From Trichoplax adhaerens (lineage: Eukaryota > Animalia > Placozoa), in NCBI RefSeq assembly GCF_000150275.1, contig NW_002060960.1:882469-946468 (forward strand): a DNA stretch of 64,000 bases, given 5' to 3'. The position numbers were made by a program, and so were the translations under genes. Under the pieces are notes generated by a model. It worked only from the letters and a program-made list of their open reading frames with translations. It had not been told where the DNA came from and did not search any database. Below, piece by piece: positions 49,988-62,473 of the stretch. Position 1 is the first letter of the stretch, and each line of letters opens with the position of its first letter.

Positions 49988-52900
49988 TTAGATGAGATCA
50001 AATAATATAATTTCAGGTCATACTTATTAGCAGCAATTTACAATATCGAAGCATATGGTATTTAGTTTACGGATCGATATTTTGAAGTAAAAATAAGTGT
50101 TTTATGCCTCTAGATATAAAATGATAAGTATGACGGTTATAAATCGCAGAATCGTCACCTCACAATAAAAATATTGTGATAGGTTTAATAGATTATAATA
50201 GCGGTATAATGTTTAGAATGGGACCAGTAACTGCAATTTAAAGTAAATCGATTACAAAGTCTAAATATTTAAGAATTATTAAAAATATTTTTATCTAGAT
50301 AATAACTAGCATAACAGCCAACTTGAAGCTCTTATCTTCTGTTTTATGCCATTGATTTTTTTATTTACTATAAATACTATGACTACTTGATTGCATAATA
50401 AGAAAACAAATCTTAATATTATAAATTTTAAGTTAAAGCCAATAAACTTGTCATAAAATGAGTATTTCAGTATTCAAAGTGTGATGAACTCTTTCAGCGA
50501 GTAATATATCGCATGCAAAGTCTTAAAATACCTGTATCAAAATGTCAGTCTTGTTATGTCAATCAAATGTTCTAAGATTACTTAAAACAAACAAAAAACG
50601 AATCAATTTTTAATCAAGCAATAACTTTAAAATACGTACAACTGATGTTTTCCTACTACATCTTGCATATCTTTAACAGTTAGCAATATTTCATAAAATT
50701 TCAAGTTCATCTGAGTAGACGATATTTTACTTGAAAGTCCATCCATTTTTTTCTTTCCTGTCACCATCATTTTCAGTACTTTATCTTAAATATTGATATT
50801 CTGAAACTTCTATAACCTCGAATACTATTTCAAATAGGTGCAGGTAGATGCTGATATTCGTAGAAAAACCCTTATTGACGTAGACATAATGTTGTCACTA
50901 TTTCAAATACTCCTCTATGAGCGTTATTTATATTGTGGAATAAGAGATTTAAAATGGAAATTAAATTTCGAGTAATGTAGGGAATATTAGTATTGCTGAA
51001 GATCCATTTAATTATGGGAACGATCGCTAGAAAATCTTCACGCAATACTTGTAGAATAAATTTAGTTCTCTCATGAAACGCACTCCATTTGAATGAAAAG
51101 AAGTCCTATTAGGGGCAGTGTTTAAGATTCTATTGAGATAGTATAGGTCTCAAGCGTTTATAGTTTGAATATTAATAGCGTTTAATTGACTCTATGTAGC
51201 TAAATCTCAGTACTACTTTGCGCCCTTGGATACCTAAACTTGACATAGCTATTCGCATTTGTTCATATCAACTTATTTCTAATTATTGAGATTCTCATAG
51301 AATTAATAAAGCTTTGACACGAAAAATACTTTACTAAAGAATTGGAACTACTAGAAACAGTACTTTGACATTATTTGGAATTCAAATCAACATCACGGTA
51401 TATCGCTGATATCTATCTTTGGCAAACCTACGAGATTTCAGTAATTGACATACGTTCTCGGAATATGGCTATCCCTTTGGTATAGTGTCACGCTATGAAC
51501 AACCTGAAATATCAGCTGACTAAATTCACGTTAGTAAAATCAAGTTCCTATATGGTAAACATAATGAATCCCTTACAGTAGGAATATAAGGTACTTGCTT
51601 AAGAAAAATCATGATTTTGACTTATTATAGTACGAAACCTTATGCTAATTCATTTTAAATCTACCATCTACGAGACGATCAAACTGATTCACTAGCTTTG
51701 ATTAATTTACAAGCTTTTCAGGTAGCAATAGAGCTGACGACATTGTCATTGTTAAATAATGATATTACAAAGCTAGTTTTCAAAGCGAGGGATTTCCAAT
51801 TTTAATATTTCTACATGTAAGATGAGTATAGTATTGGTCTTATGTAATAAAGCCTTATGGTAAACATTATTCAAAATACTTTCCATAAAATAGCACAGAG
51901 CTGAGATTATAGCTTGTTATACCGGCCCATTATTATTGCTAGCGTGGCGGTGCATTTCAGCTCATTATTCATCAGACTATATTGTATCCAATTTATTCAA
52001 TGATTATAGAAATGTCAATAATTATAATAGGCTGCTCTTGTTATTCAAGCAGAATTGTTCTGCTTGATTAGTGTTATAGCGATCGTTGTAATGGAATATA
52101 TGTGATGCGGTACTTTCTAGTTGCTATAGTACTAGATGCATTGTGCTGTCAATTTAACACCAAGATTTGAATATATTAAGAGATCTTTTAATTGTAACGA
52201 AAATAACCATAGGCGTAAATAGCGACTATCGCTATTGTTAGTGCTTACGACTATTTAAGAAGGTTGTTGAAGGAGTGTTAATTCTTATTCGAATCATTTA
52301 TTATTTCATTACTATTGCGCTTAAAAGGCGCGTTGATCCGATGGATTAATTGGAAGATTTCAGTAATTGGGTAAAAGACGTGTCGTAAATTGCATTTAAA
52401 TATTGATACAGCACCACAACCCTTTGAGTACGAATATATAAGGGTATAAGATAGAAGAATTCGTTCAAGGTTAGACTGCTCAAAAATAAGAAAGTAGCCA
52501 TCGAATACGATCGTGAACTTTAAAACGGTGAATTTGTTGCTTCTAAAAAGGAGTAAACAACTGCTAGTAATACTAATATGCATAGCTTTATTGCAGCGGT
52601 TTCGTTTAGATTGATTTTTCTTGTTCAATACTAGACAGAAGCCGTAGTTCGCTCGTAACGATGACTTACAGGTTGTAGTTGAATAAATACAAAATATGGC
52701 TTTAAAAACTTCCCTTTCATTGAACTACCGAAAGTAAAATTTTACTGAAATTGTAGGAGTGCTACGACTTTGTTAAAAAGNGCGTTAAAATTACAATCGA
52801 AGTTTTTTATTAATCAATTATTTGTAATACTTAGCGCTTCTTATCCTTTACTCGTCGGTGATTTTAACATCTTACTTGTGAATTAAATAATTTCGTTTTC

Positions 52901-53414
52901 GCGAGTAATAAAACAGATCTTGGATAACTCAAATATAATTCCTTGAATAGAGTAAATAAATCTATCTGTAGGTGTGACATAGAATAGAAATATGTAGATT
53001 TCAAGGGATCAATGACTAATTGTCTGTTGTTCAAGTAATAATTCAATTTATTCGTTGATAAGTGATTATATTAGGGTATTAGTGCCGTTAAATTAATTCT
53101 AATTGAGCTGGATATATTCATTCTAGTAGAAATACATGAATATGAGTATATCTCAGTTATGTAGTTCTGTAGCAAAAATATTATCTTCATTACCTATTTA
53201 TGATCGAATACAAATTATTGCTTACTTTAGCAGTGAGCTAAATTTCATCATTACATTTTTTTTAGAAATCTACCCCAACTTCACACAGATTTGACACTGG
53301 TAAGAAGTCAATAGCTCTATTAAAACTTTCTTTTAATATGTCGTATATTTTGAGAAATTAATATTTTGCACATACTTTTCATCATCTGCCAGCTAAAAAC
53401 CTAGTAAATATCCA

Positions 53415-56400
53415 ATGCTTGCAAGTTCAGCCATGAGAAATACACTGCTATTCTTCTTTTTCGTTATTTTCTTATTGATTGTACCTTCACCGGCTTCTAA
53501 TGTAACTAAATGCTTACAAACATGCCATTTGAAAGTAAACGATGATGAAATTGCCTATTTACGGTTTATTAAAACCATCAGTGATAGTGCAACTCGAGTA
53601 GTTTACTTTGATATATTACGAGATCGGTACTATAATGTCAACGCAACATTGTTTGCTTGGGTTCGAGATAATGTTGGAGCACCAATTTTCTCTCTACCTA
53701 TTGACTACATTGCAACATCTTTCAATTTACCGTTGGTATTTATTGATTATGTGCCAATCGAGTTTAACGAATCTGCTCAAAGCTGCTATATACAGTCAAG
53801 CCAGTTCTGTCAAAAGATTATGATCATGTCTGCATTAGCTAAAATGACTAGACTAGATAATCGATGTAACGGAACAAATTGTGGTAGCTTGTGCAGAAGA
53901 CATTTTCATTTTCAAAACCGAGGCGACCTTGAAGACAATATATACTCATGCTGTCCTGAAGATAGCTTGGCAAAAGAAGTTGATTTGTTAAAATGCCTCG
54001 AGCCAGATCAAATGAAACCATATATTCCCATTCTTAGTTCCTTTACTATCGTTTTGGGAGCTTTGATAAGCCTTAATGTTTTATCAGCTGCAACAAATCA
54101 AGTAATTAAATCACTAGGAAGGTAAGGCGTTGTACCTACATAAACTAATGATTGACATTCATTGTTACAGCTAGCAGTTCGCCTTCGTTAATTGCATTGC
54201 TAGCTAATGAATATTCCACGATCATACTTCTTTCGCGTCATATTGCAGATTTGCTCAATTTTATTAACTTACATTTAAGTTTAGTAGATTGCTGATCAAT
54301 AGAATTACAAAACCTATTGATAAATTGATACTGTTACTAAATTTTTATTGAAGAAATAATGCATAGTAAAAAGCGCTGAGACTATACCGATATCTCACCG
54401 TTTCTGTCCTATGAAAGTCTAAATTGAAAGCTACTAGTGCTTCAGTCAGATTATTATTGCAACATGATGACGTAAGAAGTAAGGTTAATATTTAGAACAC
54501 GCTAGTACCATTTGATGCTAGATAAACTTCAGCTTGATTTATGCGGCACATTAATAATTTGCATACATGAAAACGCGAGTATAGTATTGAGTAAAAAATA
54601 GATATACGATCAAAGTAACTTAAACTAATAGTTTCTATATATTTCTTACTGAAATACGGGTTAAAAATTTCATAATTACTATTAAACCATGCTGTTATAA
54701 GTAGTACATCTACAATTTTGTTACGGAAAGTAAATTTTAGTATGTTCTATATGGTACCTGATATTAAAAATTTACAATGATTTGCCCTCAATTTTTCTCA
54801 CCTTGAAAGTAAAGTGTAGTACTAGTACCCATATACTGTATTTTTTGGCTAAATTAGCTTATTGATTAATCAATCGATTAATACCTACATATTACTAATA
54901 GGGATACTTTTTAATCTTGAAATATTGAACATTTCGCTTAGTATACATAAATGTTTATTGCTAAATCGTAATTATTATATCTACAATACTAACATCCTTT
55001 ATTTTTGTAGTACAATGACAACCCGAAAGTATGATTCTGACAATGCTACGAATGATAATAGTGATTGTAACACTCTAAGAAAGATTTATATATTGTCGCC
55101 ATTAACCAGGCAAACCTATGTGCATAACTATTTCAAATATCTGGCGGAAGAAAGGCCGTCAGTGCTAAAAATGCATTACATATACTATACAATTATTGGA
55201 ATTACAGCCATCATGGGTGCTGGTTTATCTCTAACTATACAAACGTTGCCTTTACCTTTTGTTACAAGCCTTAGACTTGTGGTATCTGAAATACCATGGA
55301 TAATCATCATTACTGCTATAAGTCTTGCTTTTTATTTGATAATCAGTATTTTTTTCATAAGAATATATTTATCATGCATAAGACATCATAAAAACAGCAA
55401 ACAATATCATTATAAATCGTGTCAAGTAAGATCTTTTTATCAATTTCCCATTTTAAATTACCTAGATATATGGCATCCAATTAAATTTATAAGCCAATTT
55501 ATTCGAATACAGATATTTCAAGATAACTCATCATTAAGTATCATTAACGGTTCCAAGATTATTTATTTCATGTCCTTGGCCAATGGCTTCATAACAATCG
55601 CATCTCTTTCTATTTTATTGCAATGCATATTTCGAATGATCATCAGTGCGGCTGTCTTTATCATCGCCTATTCATTGCATTTTAGTAATATTATAACTAT
55701 TACCATTCCGTTTATATACTATATCTACATAACGATTTATGGTTATAATAGTCATATAAGCAACCTATCTAAAGATATAGCAGCAGTTTTACCTAAAGTA
55801 GAGGATAAAGTGAAAACTATTTTGGAGGCTGATAAAGGTGAAATAGAAGTTTATTTCAAAGTCAATCAAGATCCTACAGTTGTCGTTGCTCACACTGAGA
55901 TAGAAATAGAAATGAATACGGCTCCAGAAAATACCGACGTTTCGGTATCATATAGTAGATTAAAGGATATAAGCCTTATTATCGATCTTCCAGAAATACT
56001 TATTGCACATGAAGAAGAAATCAAAAATATGCTATGCATAATATTCAATACTAAATGTGTTCAGTTTGGTAAAGGCATCTATAAAATTATATTTCATTAC
56101 AATAAAAATGAAGGTGATACAATTCTGGTCGATTTGCCTTCTTGCAATGAACATTATTTGTATAGAGGCTGCTGTAAAGATTTAGAACAATTAACAAATG
56201 TAATTGAGGAATATCTTCGAGATAGGAAGATTTATCAGCTCAAAAAGAAGTTAGTTCAAGTTCACGATAGAATTGGTAACATTGATGAAATTGAATGTGA
56301 TACAATACCGGAAAGTTTATTTAACTGGATTCGTTACTGTTCACCAGTACTTTCCTGTAGCATTTGGACTGTAATATGGAAAATAATTATTTCATCTGGA

Positions 56401-56754
56401 ATATATGCCGCTCTAATCTTAGCTATTCCAGGTTATTCGCAAGTTGATTCTTTAGCTGAATTTAATGCAGCTATTAGTAAACTACCAGTTTCGCTAATAA
56501 CCATCATTATTGCAGTAAAAAGCATTCAAGAATCTACAGTCGACGAGGAAGCGGCCAGAAAAATCCTTCTGTATTATTTGATTCGATATAGAAGAGGCTA
56601 TAAATTCTTTTATGAAGAAGGTCAAAAACTTGGAATATTTCGCCTTCTCATGAATTATATAAGATCGCTTTCATCTTTTGGAAAATTTATGCAGCATAAT
56701 TTGCAAAATATCCGGTTACCAAATGGTAGTCGTAATAATAATGATTGTTCCTAA
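53415..56754 (+). CDS. Uncharacterised multipass membrane protein, paralog B (~816 aa); exons 53415-54121 and 55011-56754
   Basis: Same architecture and same intron position (KSLG|S) as paralog A; AG|GTAAGG..TTGTAG|T. Confidence 0.88.
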
Positions 56755-58583
56755 TAAGATTTATCAAGCAGTTCAGTCTGTGAACTTTATTAACTTGCAC
56801 CTAAAACGTCCAAAAATGGCGTTTAGTATAACATTCTGATTTGCGAAAAAATGGAAAAAATGTCTTCCTGATACAAGGACAGATAAATAGTTGAGAATTA
56901 CTTTTGAAAATCACAGATTCATCCTATTACAAGATTGGGCATTTTGGTAATTTCAATAAAATTAAGACACCTATTGAACATGTGATGAAGGTTAATTTTT
57001 AGAATTTTCCTTCAAGTTCTTATATAGTAATTATTCTAGCTTAGTTATTGTATCGTGATAAGTATTCTAGAATTAAAAAAAAATATATCTTATTTGGTTA
57101 ATTATAATGGGAGATTTTACTTAGTATCTTAGTATAATGTAAACCCGACTGCTTTATTCGGGTTAGAAGTTAAGATAATCCGTAGCATAATTTTTGTTAA
57201 GAATCAGATATTTTGATTTTGTAATTCAGGCAATATATTCAGTTAATAGAATATATGTGTGCTAATTTTGATCATTAATTACAGTAGAAGTTAATGTTAC
57301 TTTGTAATTTCATACAGTATGAACCCAAAACATTTGATCTGCGATTGTTATTTTGTCTTAGTGTATACTGCAGAAATGTACAGTTTCAAGCTAAACTGTA
57401 CTTAGTATCAATTTTAGTAGTTTTCAGGAATCTAGGGTGCAATTTATCTTATCATGTGTATTTGATTGCTAATTTGATTTGGAGTACTTTAGAATGATAG
57501 TGAGATAGTCTAACACCACCAATTGATCTGCGTAACATATAAAACGTGGCGTAGTGCGGTTATTGAGAGCAGTTGAAGTTAGAGAAGACGAAAAAAGTCT
57601 AGGATGATCGTGAGTTACCTCATTAATTGATAGTTTGGTAGGTTGAGGTAGTAGTTCTGCCCGTATTTTGTTATCGATAGAAGCTTTTGCTAAGATTGTT
57701 GTTAAAGTAATAATAAAGTGGTGTTTTTCCCCTAATTTATTTTGTTTGGACTTCAATTGTTGGTAGTTTAATTTTATATAGAATATTTTATTTTATTTTT
57801 AAATCCAATACTACTAATATTTGGTATGAGACCATCTACTCAAGCAGAAGTTTGAAAATTTTTAGATTAAAATGTTTATCTTTGCATTCGAACTGTAGTG
57901 GACTCTTCTCAGCGATTAACATTCGTCATGGATTTGCATTAATGAAATGTGTACAGTACATTAAAGTCGTCTAGTATATGTGAAAATGGTACTATTCATT
58001 ACTAAAATGCAGGTAGCTCACTTATAATAGTAATAATCAAAAACAAACTGTAATTCCCAGTTGTTTAGTAGAGCACGTTACCAAATTTAGTAAAGATATT
58101 TATATATGACTACCGGAAAAACTTACTAACTGATCTTTACTGTCGGATAAGGTCTTCTACTAGTATAATCGAAATAGTGATATTTACTAGCACTTAAGAT
58201 AGTTATAAAATGAATAAATTGGGTTACCAACGCCAATATGCCAGAATTACTCTATAAAAAAATTAATACTCCTATACAGTTTCCGCTGATGTCTATCCAT
58301 AATGTACCTGCTAAATCTTGATGCTTCATATAAGTGCAGGGTCTCGACCTCTAACTACGATATTGACCGTAATAATGAGTCTACTCACTGAATTAATTAA
58401 GGGCTTTATTTGTGTAAACTAACCTTGATAGGGAATACGGTCTACTAAGGCTAGTGTTTCAATATCTTATTGGGATAATAATAATCGTATCCTTTATCAG
58501 CTATAATTAAATGTATATTATATGCGTAGAATTACAGTAATTCAATAGTAACTTTTACCACGTGATAATTCTCCTCTCCGCAG

Positions 58584-58617
58584 GTTATTATGGTCGCACT
58601 CTCCATGATCGATCAAG
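58584..58617 (+). other. Probable 5'UTR exon of the ODC-like gene, containing upstream ATGs
   Basis: CTCCTCTCCGCAG| acceptor, CAAG|GTGAAT donor; ATGs at 58590 and 58605. Confidence 0.5.
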
Positions 58618-58845
58618 GTGAATAAATTACAATCCTGTTTATTCTGTAATTAAATTTTCCTTCCAAATTAATGAGTATAGCTATCTTAAGAAGAGCTTGT
58701 AAGTACATCTCTTTATTTCTTGAATGATATTCGCTATTAATCGGATTTTGCTTAACTGCAAGGTGAAAACTTGTATCAATAATTAAACAGTTTTTCCTAA
58801 TAACTCTGTTTATTAATCGTTATAGAATTTAGCTAGTTTACCAAA

Positions 58846-61800
58846 ATGGCGTCTTACCAAAGTGTACCATTAGATGTCCTTAAATCACAGTCATTAGTGG
58901 AATTTATTAAAGAAAAGACAAATGCTGCCAGTTTGCAAGTAAGTTACAGTCTGAAATTCTACTTTGAAAAAGACTTTAAATGAAGTTGATCGATCAGTTA
59001 AATGAAAAACATTCAATAAAATTCACCAATAATAATTACATCATAGCTTTTAAAAATCAAAACTGTTACTTCTATAACATTGAATTAATCTTGTGTCCAT
59101 TTGAAATTTATGTTTTCATTAATGCCGTACGTAAAATTTAAGAACGAAGATGATCCTTTCTACTTAGTGGATATCAGCGATCTTATATGCAAGTACAAAA
59201 CGGTGAGTAATCGTCATAAGCAGCTGCAAGCTCATCGTTCTTGTGTAAGAAACATTGCGGTTTATTTCTTTATATCTATCTATATAGTTCCATCTTGAAA
59301 TGGTCTAGTTCAAGCTTTAGTATAATTAGTAATAATGTCGGCAGTTCGAGTAGAGGAATAAAATGCTCTTAGCAAATAGTATTTCAATGGTACTTTCTAG
59401 TAGTTCCGAAAACTACAACACAGTGCCTTAAAGGACTATGTAGTTACTTATCATTGTAAAGAATTAAAGGTGTAATAGGCACCACAAAATAGCTTAAAAA
59501 AATGATGATAGATCAAACATTATTCCAATATTATTTTTAGAGTTGAACCATAAATGTACAGCATGTTATTGTCAGTCAAGTATTGAAAGTTGTCGCTCTA
59601 GAAACTATTCTATCAATGTTAGTATGCGTAATGTATTAAACACATTTTGTTGTATTAATTATTTATTAAATCGTTCTTTTTAGATCTTTTCTTATATTCA
59701 AACATATTAGTAAACTATTCACTTAATGAGCAACGGTTTCTGTTATATTTTTACTTGATATGATGGTATCAATTTACTGGCTACCATTCTGTTCCTATTA
59801 CGGTCACTATTACTGGTTTTAGTGGATGTCTTTGCTACCTCGTATCAGGCCATTTTACGGTACATTTCCTTGATCTAGCGTTTTAAATTACAGCTGAGGG
59901 TTTGTAATTTAAGTAGCAATAATATCTACTGAAAGTTTGTCTTAGCGATTTTATACTTACTTTTGTAGCGATGAAATGCAATCCGAATTTCCAAATGGTG
60001 GCAACTCTTTGCCGTTTAGGTGCTGGTTTGGACGTAGCAAGTGCAGTATGTTACGCTTGTTTATATATATATATATAAGCTCTGATATATGTTAACGCCT
60101 TTAAAGTTAAGATTACATTTAAATCTTGTCAAATGTGATATTAAAAATAGGGAGAAATAGAGACTGCGGTAGCCTTGGGTCTCAAAGGCGAGGACGTCAT
60201 CTATTCTAATACTTGCAAGGGGATTTCTCATTTGAAGTAAGTTTAAGATTAAAATGCTTCGCTTTACTGTAAGTAACCATAAATCGATTACCTATCAGGG
60301 TTATTGGCATTTACTTCTGATATATTATGCATTAGACAGTCTAAATGGAACTAACATTATATGTTCGCTTAAATTTAGGGTAGCTGCGAATGAAGGTATA
60401 ACGCAGATGACATTTGACAGTGAAGAAGAACTGCATAGAATTAAGCGTATACTTCCCAATGCCCGGTAAATGTTACTTATTTTCCTGGAAAATAAATTTA
60501 TTGTTCCGTACATGACTTTAAGGACTAGTAATATTTACGCAGTTGAATTTATATAGACTGTTATTGCGGCTACTTGTGGATGACTCTGGCGCCCAGTGGA
60601 AGGTACAGCTTTGCGATAAAATGGCCATATATGCTTCTTTTGACTTTAGTCTAAATATCATTATTACGGCTCATATTAATACTAGCACGGAATAAAAGCT
60701 GGAGCTCCTTTTAGCAGAGTATCTCACTTATTTAAAGTGGCCAAAAAGTTAGGCTTAAATTTAGTGGGAACAAGGTAATGCTAAAATGGCAAGTGAAGAG
60801 ACTTTATTATAGCCAATAAATTGGCTATAGCGCTGTATCAAATAGTAAATAGTAATAGATATACTATCATAAATTGAAATGGAGAGAGAAGTCGAGATGT
60901 AAAATTGGTTATACAAATTTTAATATGAGATGAGATTTGATTTTACTCAACTTTCTATTCAACGTCTATGCTAACGCAATTCAAATTGTAACATTGCTGG
61001 TGGCTTTAATACAAGTTTTCATGTTGGTTCCGATTGCGGTGATCCTAGTGCATATTCTAAGGCAATAGAAAGGTGTAGAAAGGCTTTTGATATTGCGGTT
61101 AGTTTCAAATTTGTAGTAATATTAACTTTTATATAATTTAAATACTATAATTTTCGTTTTAATTCTCGATGCTTAATCATAACAGAAAGGCTTAGGCATG
61201 GAACTCAGTATGTTAGATATCGGCGGTGGATATCCAGGACATGCAGATACATTATTTAAAAATGTAGGTGCTACTGTTAACACCTAATGATCTTGCACTT
61301 GCCTTATAAGTCTCGTTTCTTACTTCCAGATGTGTCAGTCTATAAATGAAGCAATAGATATCCATTTTCCATCAGGCTGTGGAGTCAAAATAATTTCTGA
61401 GCCAGGTAACCTTTTAATCTTTCAGATTGGATGCACTAAAGTTGATCCCATTGAATGTTGCTTAAGTCAGTTCTAGTATAAAAGATTCATAATTGAAATT
61501 ATGAATTTAATTATGAAATTTAGGCAAGTACTTTGCGATGTCTTCTTCGATTCTATGTGCCAATATTATTGGTAAACGTCTAAGATACGAAGATGGCGAT
61601 GTTCAAATCGAAGGTGTTAAAGCTTTAGTAAACCAATTTATGATATTATACATCTAACAGTTAATGGACTGAACAATATTGCTATAAATAACGGCACATA
61701 GCTGATAACTCATGTTGAACTTAATTCTTTTAATTTCAGGCAATCCAGATGATGCAAAAGACACTGTAAGGGTCTTATGTTGTGTTTACCGTTAGCTTAA

Positions 61801-62473
61801 TTTTAAATCTTTCATATCTTTACGTTTCAGGAAGTTATGTATCACATTAGTGAAGGTATGGGAGGCTCTTTTCTTAGCGTAATTGCTACACATCAGCAGT
61901 ATATCCCGAAAAAATTGTCGAATAACAACGAAAAATGCTACCGTAGCAGCCTTTGGGGGCCTTCATGTACTGCAACAGATTGCCTTTTAAGTGATTTTAA
62001 TCTTCCAGAGGTAAAATTTAATTGAAGGAAATACTGATATAATTGATATTGCAAGTTTACATAACACGTTACTACATTAAAAATACTTTACTCTGTTTCG
62101 CTGGGCAGATGGAAACTGGTGAATGGGTCTACTATGACGGTAAAAACAGCTAAACTAGTTCTTTATCCTTAATAATATACGGTAAAAGCAATACCGGTGC
62201 TGAAATGAAATTGCTTTATTTAATAAAAGATTTAGGAGCATACACATCGAGTACCGCTACTAATTTTAATGGGTTCAAGAAGGCTAAGAGTAGCTATTTC
62301 ATAAGTGAAGATTACTGGTACGACATATTTTTGCAAAAGCTGTAGAAAATTTGATTTCATCCTCTTTACATGCAATCATATAGAGAAAATTCAAATTAAT
62401 AAATTTTTAATTTATTTTCTATTGCGATAGGAATCAGTTCAAAAAAGAACTGTCGCCCATTTTCAATGTTTAA
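58846..62473 (+). CDS. Ornithine decarboxylase-like fold-type III PLP enzyme (divergent), 17 coding exons
   Basis: Spliced motifs DPFYLVDI, LLPRIRPFYAMKCN, GLDVASAGEI, IYSNTCK, MTFDSEEEL, SFHVGS, LDIGGGYPG, IISEPGKYF, LWGPSCTATD, GAYTSSTATNFNGF; stop TAA 62471-62473. Includes 26-nt (61740-61765) and 31-nt micro-exons. Confidence 0.9.

Noticed and set aside
54862-55010. N-terminal part of the 630-aa ORF
   Set aside because: Intronic read-through upstream of the TTGTAG acceptor; not conserved in paralog A
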